DNA from: Adineta vaga
Taxonomy: Eukaryota > Animalia > Rotifera
Length of the DNA: 64,000 nucleotides
Reading direction: 5' to 3'
Assembly (NCBI GenBank): GCA_021613535.1
Contig: CP075493.1
Coordinates: 14,756,001-14,820,000 of the forward strand
Shown here: piece by piece, positions 1 to 11,613 of the stretch
How the letters are laid out: each line of letters begins with the position of its first letter
How positions within the stretch are numbered: the first letter of the stretch is position 1
Notes under the pieces: model-generated
The model's input: the letters and a program-made list of their open reading frames with translations, nothing else
Told to the model about the DNA's origin: nothing
Databases searched by the model: none
Position numbers and translations under genes: made by a program

Positions 1-222
1 TAGATGAGATAAATATGCGATTAGTTTTTGGATATAGCCGCATTAATATTGCGATCCGCCATGATTGATACTCAGAAAAAAGATGGCGAAAATCATAATA
101 CATATCGATACTATTTTAAAGTTTTTCCCATCCATCTGTAAGACAATACATTTCGAAATGTCATATAAGTAAAACTACTTATTTTTTATATTTCAGATCA
201 TATTTTCATCAAATAAGTAAAA

Positions 223-1882
223 ATGAATTTCGATAATTTATCACAATACTCTGAATCACCATATCTTATGATTGGATTGGATTTAGCAAATGAATTAGTG
301 AATCATTCGAATTTGTTCGGCATACAAAACTTATTCAATAGTATAGACGATTGTAAAAATTTCATTCAAAAACAATCAAATGATAAGAAAATTGTCGTTG
401 TTATTTCCGGACATATATCTTTTCCTGAAATAAACCAACTCGAAAGTCTTTTACAAACCGAAGCTATTTATCTATTCACTCAATCTAATAATCCTAAAGA
501 ACAATTGAAATGTGTCTATACAAAAATAACGACGAGACAGTTTTCCGAAATACTCGTGAAATTATTGAAAAAGTTTTGGTTTCTTTTCGGTTTAGCTATT
601 GTCGTAGTTTTCGCTGCTTTATTTCCTCGTATAGGTGCGTCTGGTGGACCACTCTATGCTGAGTATACTCTCAAATGGGGATGTGTTATCATCATTTTTT
701 TTCTTAGCGGTTTATCATTACCAACAAAAACGTTAAAGCACGAATTATTTCGTTTTCGTTTACATATCTTTACTCAAACGTTTAATCTTGTTTTTATTCC
801 ATTTACTGTCTTTGGAATCTGTTTATTACTGAGTGAGACATCATTCAATAAAATATTTATTGGTGGTATTATAACAATGGCTTGTACTTCGACGACAATT
901 TCAAGTAATGTAAGTATTTCAGAAAATAGTCTAGATAACAAGTGATGTGAGAGATCGTTTCTTTACATTTACATGCATCTTTATTGTATATCGGATATAT
1001 ACTAATGTAATATCTCCAATCGCACTATGATAATTTGAACTTTTCATTGTATATATACGAATAAAGGAAAGAAAATTTTGTCTCTAGGTGATAATGACAA
1101 AAAATGCTGGTGGAAATGAGCCGGCTGCCTTAGTCAATGCTGTCTTAGGTAATGTACTTGGTATAGTGGTATCACCTGCACTCATTTGGCTATTTATGTC
1201 AAATGCGAATCTGAATGTTCTAGAACAACCGTATCAATTGCAAGATTATTTAAATGTATTAATGAATTTAAGTATAACCGTACTTGTACCTATTATAGTT
1301 GGTCAAATAATTCATTTACTTTGGACAGAACAAATTACAAGGTTAAAAGAAAAATTTCATTTTACAGAATTAAATAGTCTATCATTATTGATCTTACTTT
1401 GGTCCGTTTTATGCGATTTATTTGGAAGTCAGGCATTTGAAAGTGTGAGAACGATTGATGTTTTAATAATTATTGTTCTTAATGCATCATTTTACATAAC
1501 GTTTTCTTTGATAGCAATGTTTCTTGCAAGATTACCTAATATTTTCATTTGTTGCAAACGAAACAAACATGGTGATAATCAACCATTATTAATAGAGTCA
1601 TATGAACATAAACAAAAGACATGTCTTGATCGATGGCGATTTTCCCGAGAAGATACTATAGCAATTATGTTTTGTGGCGCAACAAAAACAGTTGCAAAAG
1701 GCGTACCATTAATAAATGCTGTGAATTCAGCGAATAATCAAGGATTAATTGGTCTATTTGCACTACCATTGATATTTTATCATGTTGAACAATTAATAAT
1801 TGGTGCTATCGAAGTTTTTCTACTTCAAAAATGGTTGAAATCGAAATATGATGCAAATATTCAAGAACTTGTTCAGAAATAA
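223..1882 (+). CDS. SLC10A7/RCH1-like sodium:bile-acid symporter family transporter with an extra N-terminal soluble domain; join(223..909,1088..1882)
   Basis: GT-AG intron 910..1087 joins the two ORFs in frame to give TTISSN|VIMTKNAGGNEPAALVNA (SBF-like signature). Also FCGATKTVAKGVP and many TM helices. Confidence 0.88.
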
Positions 1883-2266
1883 CACAAAATATTGACATTG
1901 CAAAGAAGATGAAAATGTCAGAAATGATATTCTTCACTTCTTTTCTAAAGTTTCAATCAGACGTTTCATCCTAGTTTTATTCTAACACTCTTTCTGGAAT
2001 TCATCATATAATTAAAAGTCTTTCGAATAGAAAAAAAGTTGAAAATATTTTTCAATTAAGATAAAAAAAGACTTTCTTTGCTTTACAGCTCTAAGTACAA
2101 TAAATGAAATATCACCATCGAAATGTTCAAGAGGTCGATAATCATCTCCATTTGCACTTTTTTAAATAAATGTTGATCCACTGACTGATGTAAATACTTT
2201 ACCTTTGAGTTTAGTGACATAGATACGTTGAATAGTTGAACTTGTTGTATCAACAATTACATATTT
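1799..2266. repeat. Direct repeat A, left copy (3' end of the transporter plus 3' end of the GNAT gene)
   Basis: Near-identical to 9451..9794, apart from ~115 bp extra (about 1937..2053). Confidence 0.92.
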
Positions 2267-2320
2267 GAGGATGTGGGTGTGGGTATTAGACAGATGTAGT
2301 ACCCATACCCGCCCCTCAAA
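2264..2320. repeat. Telomere-like inverted-repeat hairpin element
   Basis: TTTGAGGATGTGGGTGTGGGTA-loop-TACCCATACCCGCCCCTCAAA; the arms are imperfect reverse complements. Confidence 0.85.
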
Positions 2321-2715
2321 AGATCGACTTAAACTATGTACGTCAAGTTATTGGTTGTTTGCTTCGAAGAATTTACTCGGTCGAACAACACAATGGTAAA
2401 GTGATTATTGATGAACATTTTTAAAAGAACCTTATGAAATGTCATAATAATTTATTTGGCTTTTTTATTTTATTATGAAACTTTCTTTTGAAAAGAAATT
2501 CAATTTACGAATATTTTTGAAACTAGATCATAATAATCGACATACATCAGAAAGGTGACGTTTTGTGAATAATGAGTTCTAACTTTTTAGAAAACCGTTA
2601 GAGTAAATTACTAGATCTATCTTAATATAGACTTTGTAGAGCGTCTTAAGGCGTATCTTTTAAAAAAAAATCAAGATTCTATCATTTTTCTAAGCTGAGA
2701 TCTACGCAAAATACA

Positions 2716-3066
2716 GTGTTGCAAACATTTTGGGACACCCAGTATAAATGGGAAACGTTTCGAACATATTTATTATCACAAAAAAAAACAGGTAAGTTTA
2801 TGACTCAAAGAGAAGTTTGTGTGAACCTTGTTCAAGAAGGTATGATGGAAGATATTTATCCACAACTATTATTATCAGCAGAAATATTTCCGATTGCACC
2901 AATTAGTACGGTTATTGTGGAAAGAGATTTTTCTACAATAAATCGTGTTCTTACAAAATTGAGAAATTGATTAACAATTGAAGATGTAGAAGTTTTAAAC
3001 GAAGATACGAAAGAAGAAGTTATCAATCATTGAAAAAATGTCACATCACATCCTTTAGCAGTTTGA
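2716..3066 (+). mobile_element. hAT-type transposase remnant (C-terminal dimerisation domain)
   Basis: PISTVIVERDFSTINRVLTKLRN*LT matches the hATC motif (S..ER.FS....T..RNRL); in-frame stops. Confidence 0.75.
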
Positions 3067-3648
3067 GTTACATAATGTTCGTTTTTGTTATTTTGATATT
3101 TTTCATTGTTTTTATTGTCGCTTGTTGATACAAAGTTTTTTCTTATGTATTTATTTTTTATATTTTATTTGTAGATTTTGCGTGCATCATTTGAATAAAT
3201 GAAATGAAAAAACTGATTTTTACACAATTTACAAACTATTTCTTATGAAAATATGTACATTATGAACTAGATAACCTTTAGATTACACTTTTAAATATGA
3301 AGTAAGGCGTGTGTTGTGTTCTTTTTTATTATGTCAGCACTTGTGTACCGTAACGTACTTTTCATACGGACGTTGTATAAGATTTCACAAAAAACACGCT
3401 GAATCGTTCTTTCTAAACGCACAGAACGGAAAGTGAGAAAAAAGAAACACATTACTTTTCTTCCCTTTAAATACGAGAGCATTTTTACTTCGTGAAGGTT
3501 GTTCTCGGACCATCAGCGGCACACGTAATTATCATTTTTTTATTTGATTATTTTTTTAGATACAACATAACAATTTTATGATATATATTTCTGCTGAGAA
3601 ACAAACGAATTATTTGAAAATGTAAGCATCAAAACAACAAAAAACAAC

Positions 3649-3916
3649 GCGTCATCATTGTCCCTGGAGGAGTTGAGAAAAGCACAGGTTATAAAGAGAT
3701 CGAACAACTGTTGGCAGACAAATCTATTTCCAACAACAGTCTTATTCCTCTTGGTAATCGAGATTTAAAACGTGGTCAATATCTCTGAGTGAAATTAGAC
3801 TCTCCATCGAATGAATATGTTCTTCAGTCAGATACATCATCAGCAGAAAGATCGCTTGTACTACCGGTGAAATTAAACAGAAGTACGGAGATCAGCTAGA
3901 TATTCTCATTAACAGC
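3649..3916 (+). pseudogene. Degraded carbonyl-reductase-like classical SDR, 5' part
   Basis: Frameshifted pieces RVIIVPGG, LGNRDLKRGQ and EIKQKYGDQLDILIN match the CBR-type SDR N-terminus. Confidence 0.65.
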
Positions 3917-5217
3917 ACCCTTCTTTTCTGACGTTTCCCAAAACTGAATAACGGTAAGACCGGTCGGACTGAAATTTTTACTAACAATACAGAATGAAAA
4001 TTGATTAGATACGTGTTTCAGCAAAAATTTACTTCTTGAGTCATCTTCATTGTGTTACGAAAAACTTCACCTCGATCGAGTGAAATTTCAAGAAGTTATC
4101 CTCAGGACAATGTGAAGATTTATCTCAGAAAACGATTTTGACGAAAACGTAAAATGAATGTTTGAAGTGCATCTTAAGATCGACAAAAATTGAGAATCGA
4201 TTTTTTCATAGTTTTCTACATAATTCGTTGCAATGGTCAACATTACCGTATTATGAGACTTACAAAGATCTTTTCAATGTGTTTCGTCAAAGCTAGTAGT
4301 TGATTCCCTAACAAGACTACCTGCCTCCCACTCGTTAATCATATCTGTCAACTCATTTCCCTCTCTTTCGAGTGGTTCTTGCTTTCGTAAATAATAAAAT
4401 TTGCACTAGACAACAGATGTGGCAGTCGTAATCTTACACTCCCACTTGTTTACCCAATGCTTATGAACTGACCCATAGGAGTACAGTGTTTTGCCAGAAA
4501 ACGAAAAACGAATTAACAGACCGATGCATTAAATATCGTGCTTGCAAAAATTCTTCTCTAAGTTCCATGAAGCCTATTGCAACGCCGATCGAAAGAACAA
4601 TGTCTACCCTATCATACTGATGAACAAAACATTAAGGTTTTTTTTTCAAAATTTTCATAAAAAAAGAGAGATTAGTCTTCACCGATTTTTTAACGTTTAA
4701 AACACGAAACTAGACACTGAGAATCTGTTTTGTAAACTAAAACATCGTTACAATATGGCGAACAATCTTGGGCTAAGAACTTTTTTTGGGGCGAGGGAGG
4801 GGACACTAGGTGCACGGTATTCTTTAATTTCTGCATGTGCAAATCGACGCGTTGGTACAAGGATCTAAAAACCTCAGTGGTAGATAATCCCATCGCTTGG
4901 CGAGAATCTACAAAACGAGTAACTAGAAATTAATTATGCATAAAAGGTATATTCAATTGTTTGCATTCGCATACAAGAAGAGAGAAGGGAGCTACCTCAA
5001 GGTCTAAACTTTAAGTTGCGTGGCATTCATGTTGCTTTATACACACCAAAATTTGGATACAATGATATATATATATAAAGGTGAAAAAATCACAAACATG
5101 TGTTATCATATTTTTAGATTAGTTTTTCAAATCGCTAAGCTTGCAAATTCTAATTTCTGCTTTACAACTCGATTAAGCTGTCAGTGGTCACTCTCTTAAA
5201 AGTATTTATCAATCAAA

Positions 5218-6111
5218 ATGCGCGTCTTCGTAACAGGTGCCGCTGGCTTCATCGGTCGTGCCGTCGTTCAAGAACTTCTTAACAATGGTCATCAAGTGCT
5301 TGGTCTCGCTCGTAGTGATGCATCTGTCGAGATTATCACTAAAGCCGGTGCAGAACCTCATCAGGGAGACTTGGAAGATATCGAGAGCCTTAAGAGTGGT
5401 GCAAGAATTGCTGATGGTGTCATTCACCTGGCCTTCATCCACGACTTCAGCGACTATGCAAAAGCCGCAGCGGTCGATAGAGCGGCCATTGAAGCTATGG
5501 GGGAAGTGATGGCTGGCACAGGAAAGCCACTCGTCATCGCTTCTGGCACGATGATTGTGGTCAAGGGAAAACTCGCGACAGAGGATACCGAACCTGACCG
5601 AAGCTCACCCTTTGCCGAACGTGCGCGGTCTGCAGATTTGGTCTACACACTGTCAAAGGAAAAGAAAATACGCGGTTCGGTGATCCGACTGCCACCTACG
5701 GTCCACGGCGCAGAAGATAAAGGATTTATTCCCATGTTGATCAATGCAGCACGTCAAAAAGGCTTTGTCACTTATGTCGGTGATGGTTCAGCTCGATGGC
5801 CCACCGTTCATCGATTAGATGCTGCGGTTCTATTCCGTCTCGCATTGGAAAAAGGCACCGCTGGTGCGACCTACCAAGCCGTTGCTGAACAAGGCGTACC
5901 GACCAAAGACATCATGACTGTCATCGGCAAACATCTCCGACTGCCTGTCGAAGCTAAACCTTTGAACGAAGCTGTCGAGGCTATTGGTTTCTTAGCGCAT
6001 GTAGTCGGTTCGGACAATCCCACCTCAAGTGAGAAGACCCAGAAAGAACTGGGATGGCACCCCACTCAACCTAAATTGCTTGCCGACATGGAAGCGAACT
6101 ATTTCTCTTAG
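5218..6111 (+). CDS. NAD-dependent epimerase/dehydratase (atypical SDR), intronless, fungal/bacterial type
   Basis: MRVFVTGAAGFIG Rossmann motif, VIHLAFIHDF, RLPPTVHG, WPTVHRLDAA, LGWHP. Visibly more GC-rich than its flanks. Confidence 0.92.
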   Translation: MRVFVTGAAGFIGRAVVQELLNNGHQVLGLARSDASVEIITKAGAEPHQGDLEDIESLKSGARIADGVIHLAFIHDFSDYAKAAAVDRAAIEAMGEVMAGTGKPLVIASGTMIVVKGKLATEDTEPDRSSPFAERARSADLVYTLSKEKKIRGSVIRLPPTVHGAEDKGFIPMLINAARQKGFVTYVGDGSARWPTVHRLDAAVLFRLALEKGTAGATYQAVAEQGVPTKDIMTVIGKHLRLPVEAKPLNEAVEAIGFLAHVVGSDNPTSSEKTQKELGWHPTQPKLLADMEANYFS

Positions 6112-6939
6112 GAGATGAAATCGAAATATTCCTCATGAAGAAGAATGCTTTTATGTACTGACGTTGACAATTTTTTAGCACAGAAAAAAATACGTGTGAA
6201 ATATAAGTTCTACTATGAATCGGCTTTTGTTCAGTAGCACGATCAAATCATTTTTAGAGTTTAGAAATTCTTATATCATTGTTTTCTTTATTGCATATCT
6301 CATAATGTGTTTAACAAATTCAAGGCGATGTCGCCTACCGATGGGTGACACTATAGTTTAGCGAGAAATTGTATAGAAAAGAACTTTCTTTTGCTTCTTT
6401 CTTCAGCAAGAGGTAGAATATAAGATGTCATTTCTCCTGTCTTTATTACTTTATTTGAATCCTTTATTCTATATAGTACAATGCTTATGATTAAAATATT
6501 GGAGACAAAAACAGTTTATCACAGTCAGAATATAATGACACTAAAAAAGGACTCCGCACTTTATAATGAATGCAAAATCTTTTTTTAATTTTGTATGATC
6601 AAGGTTTTGCCCGAAACCCTTTTGAAAATTCGATTAAAAATGGTTTCGTTGAAATTCATTTTTTGCATTTCAGTCCAAGGAATTTGTATTCAACACGTCC
6701 TGAAATACAATATCATGTTATTTGAACTGCTCTACTTCGCTGTTTTCTTTGACTTTCGTCAAAAAATTGCAATAAATGTTAACGATGATAATTAATAAAA
6801 TTTTGAGAGTCAGGGTAGTTAACATTGAATAACATTCAATGGCATGAGTTTTTATGTAAATCATTAAATAATGACGATAGATCTTATACTAATTTGTAAT
6901 GGAAAGTAAAGAAACTTGTTTGTGAATTCTATTTGATGT

Positions 6940-7013
6940 GCTCTTGTAGCGTAAGTGGTAAATGCATCCGGCCGTTAACTGGAAGACAGGTGGTTCGAGT
7001 CCACTCGGGAACG
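6940..7013 (+). tRNA. tRNA-Asn(GTT), copy 1 (acceptor-stem mismatch; possibly a pseudogene)
   Basis: Cloverleaf with anticodon arm TCCGG-CCGTTAA-CTGGA and T-loop TTCGAGT, followed by a T-run terminator. Confidence 0.75.
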
Positions 7014-7531
7014 TCTTTTTTTCTTTTTTACATAATTATATTTGACATTATGATGAAAATGATTGCAATATTGCGAAAGTTTTCATCAGTTATTATCAAA
7101 TAATATCTCTGATCTCTCGATAAATAATATCAGTTATGTAGAACTGATAACGATTATATGACTTTCGTTTTTCTGTGTGTGTAAAAGTGCAAGATATGAT
7201 CTTGAATGGACGATGGTTCCAGACAAATTTATCTATTATTTAAAGAGTTAACTTAATTTTTCTGTAAAACCTTCATCTAATCATTTTAAATTACAGCAAA
7301 TTATTTTTCATTCTTCTGTTATGCTCCAAACAGACTAAAAAGGTTAATACTGAGTTAACCAGTACGATTCGTATTGCTATGAAAAACACCAATCATCTTT
7401 CTTAATTTAGCATTCATTTTTCTATCACATGATTGATCATCATTTAGACAATGGTCCACTAGACATTGTATTGTGTAATATGTATGTCTATTTTTTTCAT
7501 AAAATAATTCGCTTTCATTACTTTTTACGAA

Positions 7532-9047
7532 ATGAATGGACCGATTAAATTACTGGACTTACTAGATGAGTTAATTTTATTCATACTGAATAAAGTTAAA
7601 CCTACTGTATTTTTACTTTCTTCTATGATTAAAATTGATAATAAGCGTTTAAAATCGCTTGTTTTTCATAAAAATCATTTAATTGATTTAACTTTTGATT
7701 ATTATCCATCATCACATAAATCCATTATTGATAGTTTTTACACTGATGTTATGTCATGTATTATAAGTAACATTCACTCACTAACATTAAACATGCATCA
7801 TATTTCCAGTATCAATCATCTTGTTGAAACATATTCAAATGGAATTCTTACACATTAGGTAAAGTATTATTGAATCGAATAGTTGAATCTCTGATTGAGT
7901 ATCGATTTCGTATATGAAGGATTATATTATTTTTATTTCTATTTTAACTTATAGGCAATGCTCTTCATGGTGTGTTTCGATTTTCTCATCTATTCCCGAA
8001 TTTTCTGTATTTGATAAAGGTAAATATGGTCATATTCTATGTACATTTGTTCATTCATCAATAATTCAAACAATAAAGTCATTCGAATTAGATGAAGATT
8101 GTACATTAACAGACATCATTAATGAAAATAATTTATTGATGAAAAATTCGAATAATTTAACTGATATTCGAATATCATTACATCAATATGAACATTTTAT
8201 TTGTTTATTAAATCAATTTGGTTCACAATTGCATACACTTATCATAAGCATGATGTATGTTAATTTGATATCAAATGCTCCTTTAATTGAATCGTTAAAG
8301 AATATCTCATGTCCAAATTTAAAATAATTAACAATTAAAACCTCTTTCTTTCTGTTATAAAAAAATTATCAAATATTGAATATTTATCATTATTTTTAGC
8401 TGTTAGTTTCGAAGAATCTGGACATAATCAATTTATTGATGGATTTCATTTAAAAAAAAGATATTATTTCATATATGTCTCATTTACGACAATTTCATTT
8501 TCATATTCGTTCAATATTAAAAAATGCTGCTCAAATACAAATTAATACAATTCGTCAGAGTTTTATGAATTATCAGCAGTCTTTTGATTGTATTTCAAGT
8601 CGTTTTCCATTCTTTAATGATGATAAGAAATGTTTGATGGTAACTAAATTATTGCTTTATGATAATATTCAAGCATTTGAAAGTCATTTCTTTAAATGTG
8701 TTTCTCATGCTTTGCCTAATCTTCGACCACTTGATGTAATCAATGGGCTTAAACAACAAGAGAAAACAGATATGATCATAGATAATCTTCGATTTCCTTA
8801 ATTAAAAACTCTGATTTTATTTGATATAATTTTAGATTATGCTGAACAACTATTATGTCGAGCTGATCTTCCATATCTTGTTGAGTTAGCTATTGATAAT
8901 GATATTTTATTAACAATAATCGATCAAAACCAACAGAGAACTAGAGATAATTGTTCTCATGTTGAAGTTTTACGAACTTTACAATCGTCATTTGATGTAT
9001 CGAAAGAAATTCAAAACTTCTTTCCATTATATTGTAAGGACTATTGA
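7532..9047 (+). pseudogene. F-box/LRR-like gene, disrupted
   Basis: N-terminal LLDLLDELILFILNKV is F-box-like; LRR-like segments (CPNLK, MSHLRQFHFHI, LPNLRPL) are broken by stops and frameshifts. Confidence 0.75.
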
Positions 9048-9450
9048 AAAATTCGTTTAAGACGAAAAAAGATTCTGTTTTGTCGAATATACTAACGAAA
9101 AATCTATTCATTTGCATTCAAAGATATTAAACAACCGTTATCATTTAAGTCAATCAAATATGTAATCTGAATGTGAGATTAAAGAAAAAGCTTTCAGAGT
9201 AATTCCTAGTATAAGCTTTGAAATGTAAAACAAATTTAAATTAGTGTGTTATTGCGAAGAACTTTAATGTTTAGCATCGATTATTAAGACGTATTATCAT
9301 TTGTTAATGATGTTCTAAAAGTGTTAACAAGTTTGTAGAGAGTAAAGATAAATCTGATCTATAAATATGGTTCTCTCATTTGCAATATCATCCTTTCACA
9401 CGCTGACGCTTCACAAAATTAGGTAGTTCTAGGAATCACACACATTTTTT

Positions 9451-9794
9451 ATTAGTGCTATCGAAGTTTTTCTACTTCAAAAATGGTTGAAATCGAAATA
9501 TGAAGCAAATATTCAAGAACTTGTTGAGAAATAACACAAAACATTGAAATTGCAAAGAAGGTGAAAATGTCAAAAATGATATTCTTCAATTAAGATAAAA
9601 AATACTTTGTTTTACAAATAAAGTACAATAAATGAAATATCACCATCGAAATGTTCAAGAGGTCGATAATCATCTCCATTTGCATTTTTTGAAATAAATG
9701 TTGATCCACTGACTGATGTAGATACTTTACCTTTGAGTTTAGTGACATAGATATGTTGAATAGTTGAACTTGTTGTATCAACAATTACATATTT
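9451..9794. repeat. Direct repeat A, right copy
   Basis: Matches 1799..2266 and continues into the full GNAT pseudogene. Confidence 0.92.
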
Positions 9795-10337
9795 AAATCC
9801 TCGATGACGAACGTGATCAGGAAAAACTTGATTGAGTTTCGTTCCTAAACCTATACAAAAAAAACGCATTGAGCCAAACATAAAAGACAATCGTCCGACA
9901 TGAGTCATTCGTTAAACAATGATAGGTTGATTATTATTTAGTATCGAACTATTTCCCCTTGGTTAATTGAAAAAAAAAACATCTCTGTTCATAATCTTTC
10001 ATAAAACATCGCTCTGATTGTTGCATCAATTCCATAATTGGATCAATTTGTTTGTTGCTCTAGTGTTGAACGTCTTTGCATCAACGCCTAGTACAATACC
10101 ATGAATTTCATTTGTTTGTTTATGTCGAGCAATGATAGATAAGTTTACATCGAAAATGGCTTTGATAGGAAAAGTGCTTCGAAAAAGAATTCTTCGTATA
10201 AGTTACTTTCATATATAATTCATATATGGATTATCCTTTGTGAATGTATGAGCAAGAAAAGTTGCACATTCGATACAATCTTTCTCTTGTAGAATTTCAT
10301 AAGTGTAGCTTTCGTCTTGATCGATAATTTTAGACAT
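9612..10337 (-). pseudogene. GNAT/arylalkylamine N-acetyltransferase-like gene with frameshifts
   Basis: Starts MSKIIDQDESYTYEIL..CATFLAHTFTKDNP; C-terminal GLGTKL..RGFKYVIVDTTS is the acetyl-CoA motif region; internal frameshifts and stops. Confidence 0.6.
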
Positions 10338-10540
10338 CGTACAAGTAATTCATGTATATTTGTCACTGCATTTATCGGATTTGAATACGATTATGAGAAA
10401 AAAGAACTAAAGAAAAATTACATTCGTTTTATATAAAAACAGTACATATTCATTTGTTAGATTGTGAAAACAAATCAGAACTATAGTAGTACGCAATATA
10501 GAGAACGCTATATGATAAGAATGATGAATCTAATTTGTTT

Positions 10541-10788
10541 TTGTTTTCAATAGTTTCTTATTCATCTTATTGTCAATGAAAACAATGAAATAAATAATCG
10601 AAAAAAAAACGATAGTGATTTATACAGAAAAATCCAATCATGTCCGCATCCAAAAGTAATAGTATTTCATATACAAATAATAATTGTAGTCCCATTATTT
10701 GTTCATCATGTGGTCAGTCTATTAATATTGCATCCAATGATGAAGAATATTACAAATGTTAACAATGTGCATATCATCATGTTTGTAA
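10541..10788. repeat. Direct repeat C, left copy (truncated 5' end of the ZZ-finger gene)
   Basis: Matches 18487..18856; carries a CAA>TAA change and lacks a 122-bp segment. Confidence 0.92.
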
Positions 10789-11613
10789 CAAAATCAACAA
10801 ATGATTTGTTTCATTAAATGATTTTTTAATTATTACAATATAAACAAGAGGAATTTAGTCGACGTTTTAAAAGAAGACGGTGAGACGCCGAGTTCGGGTA
10901 GACATATTTTTACAGCTGAGAAATCATCTGGCATAGTTCTGAACACAGAGGACAAATCATCGCGGAAGACGGTGGAAGAGAATTAAGGAAAGCAGTGCCT
11001 TCGAACCTCATCTAGCCAAAATTATTTCTTTATGTTCTTTTATTTCTCTTCAAATATTTGCATTTTGCTGATTAACAAAAAAATGATGTGGAGACAAAAC
11101 AATTTTCTTTTCTATGTGAATTCCACCAAAGTGTGCGTCTGTTCTCTTATGGCTGAAACCCATAGATACACACTATGCACGTAGATTTCAATATGACTGC
11201 ATTTGAATGACTTTCTTGCGAAAGAACGAGGAAAAAATGTTTTTTTTCCCAGTTGACTGAAGAAATATATTAGTCGTCTCTAAGAACGTTGTGTAACGGG
11301 AGAATACATTCAAATAGCATTTCTTATATAAAATCTCACCCTTCGAATTAACCTTTCTATTCCACGATTTTAAAGATTACCGAGCCAGTTCCGCGTGACT
11401 CCTGAATTAGTAGTAATTCTAGATTTCTTTCGTAGAATCACACCCTTCTGTTTCACCCACATGCCTTTTGTTGTATATCGAGACTAATTGAGTGATCGAA
11501 TTGCTGTAGCTGGTCGAAATCAGTTCTGAAATGTTTAACATCACAGAATAGGATTATTACTCACTCTTCGACACTCGTAATCTATTTCTTTAGCGTTAAT
11601 ACAATTCATAAAC

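Noticed and set aside
6830-7160. tRNA-derived SINE
   Set aside because: Homology with the second copy extends upstream of the tRNA, and there is no polyA tail or TSD; it fits a segmental duplication.
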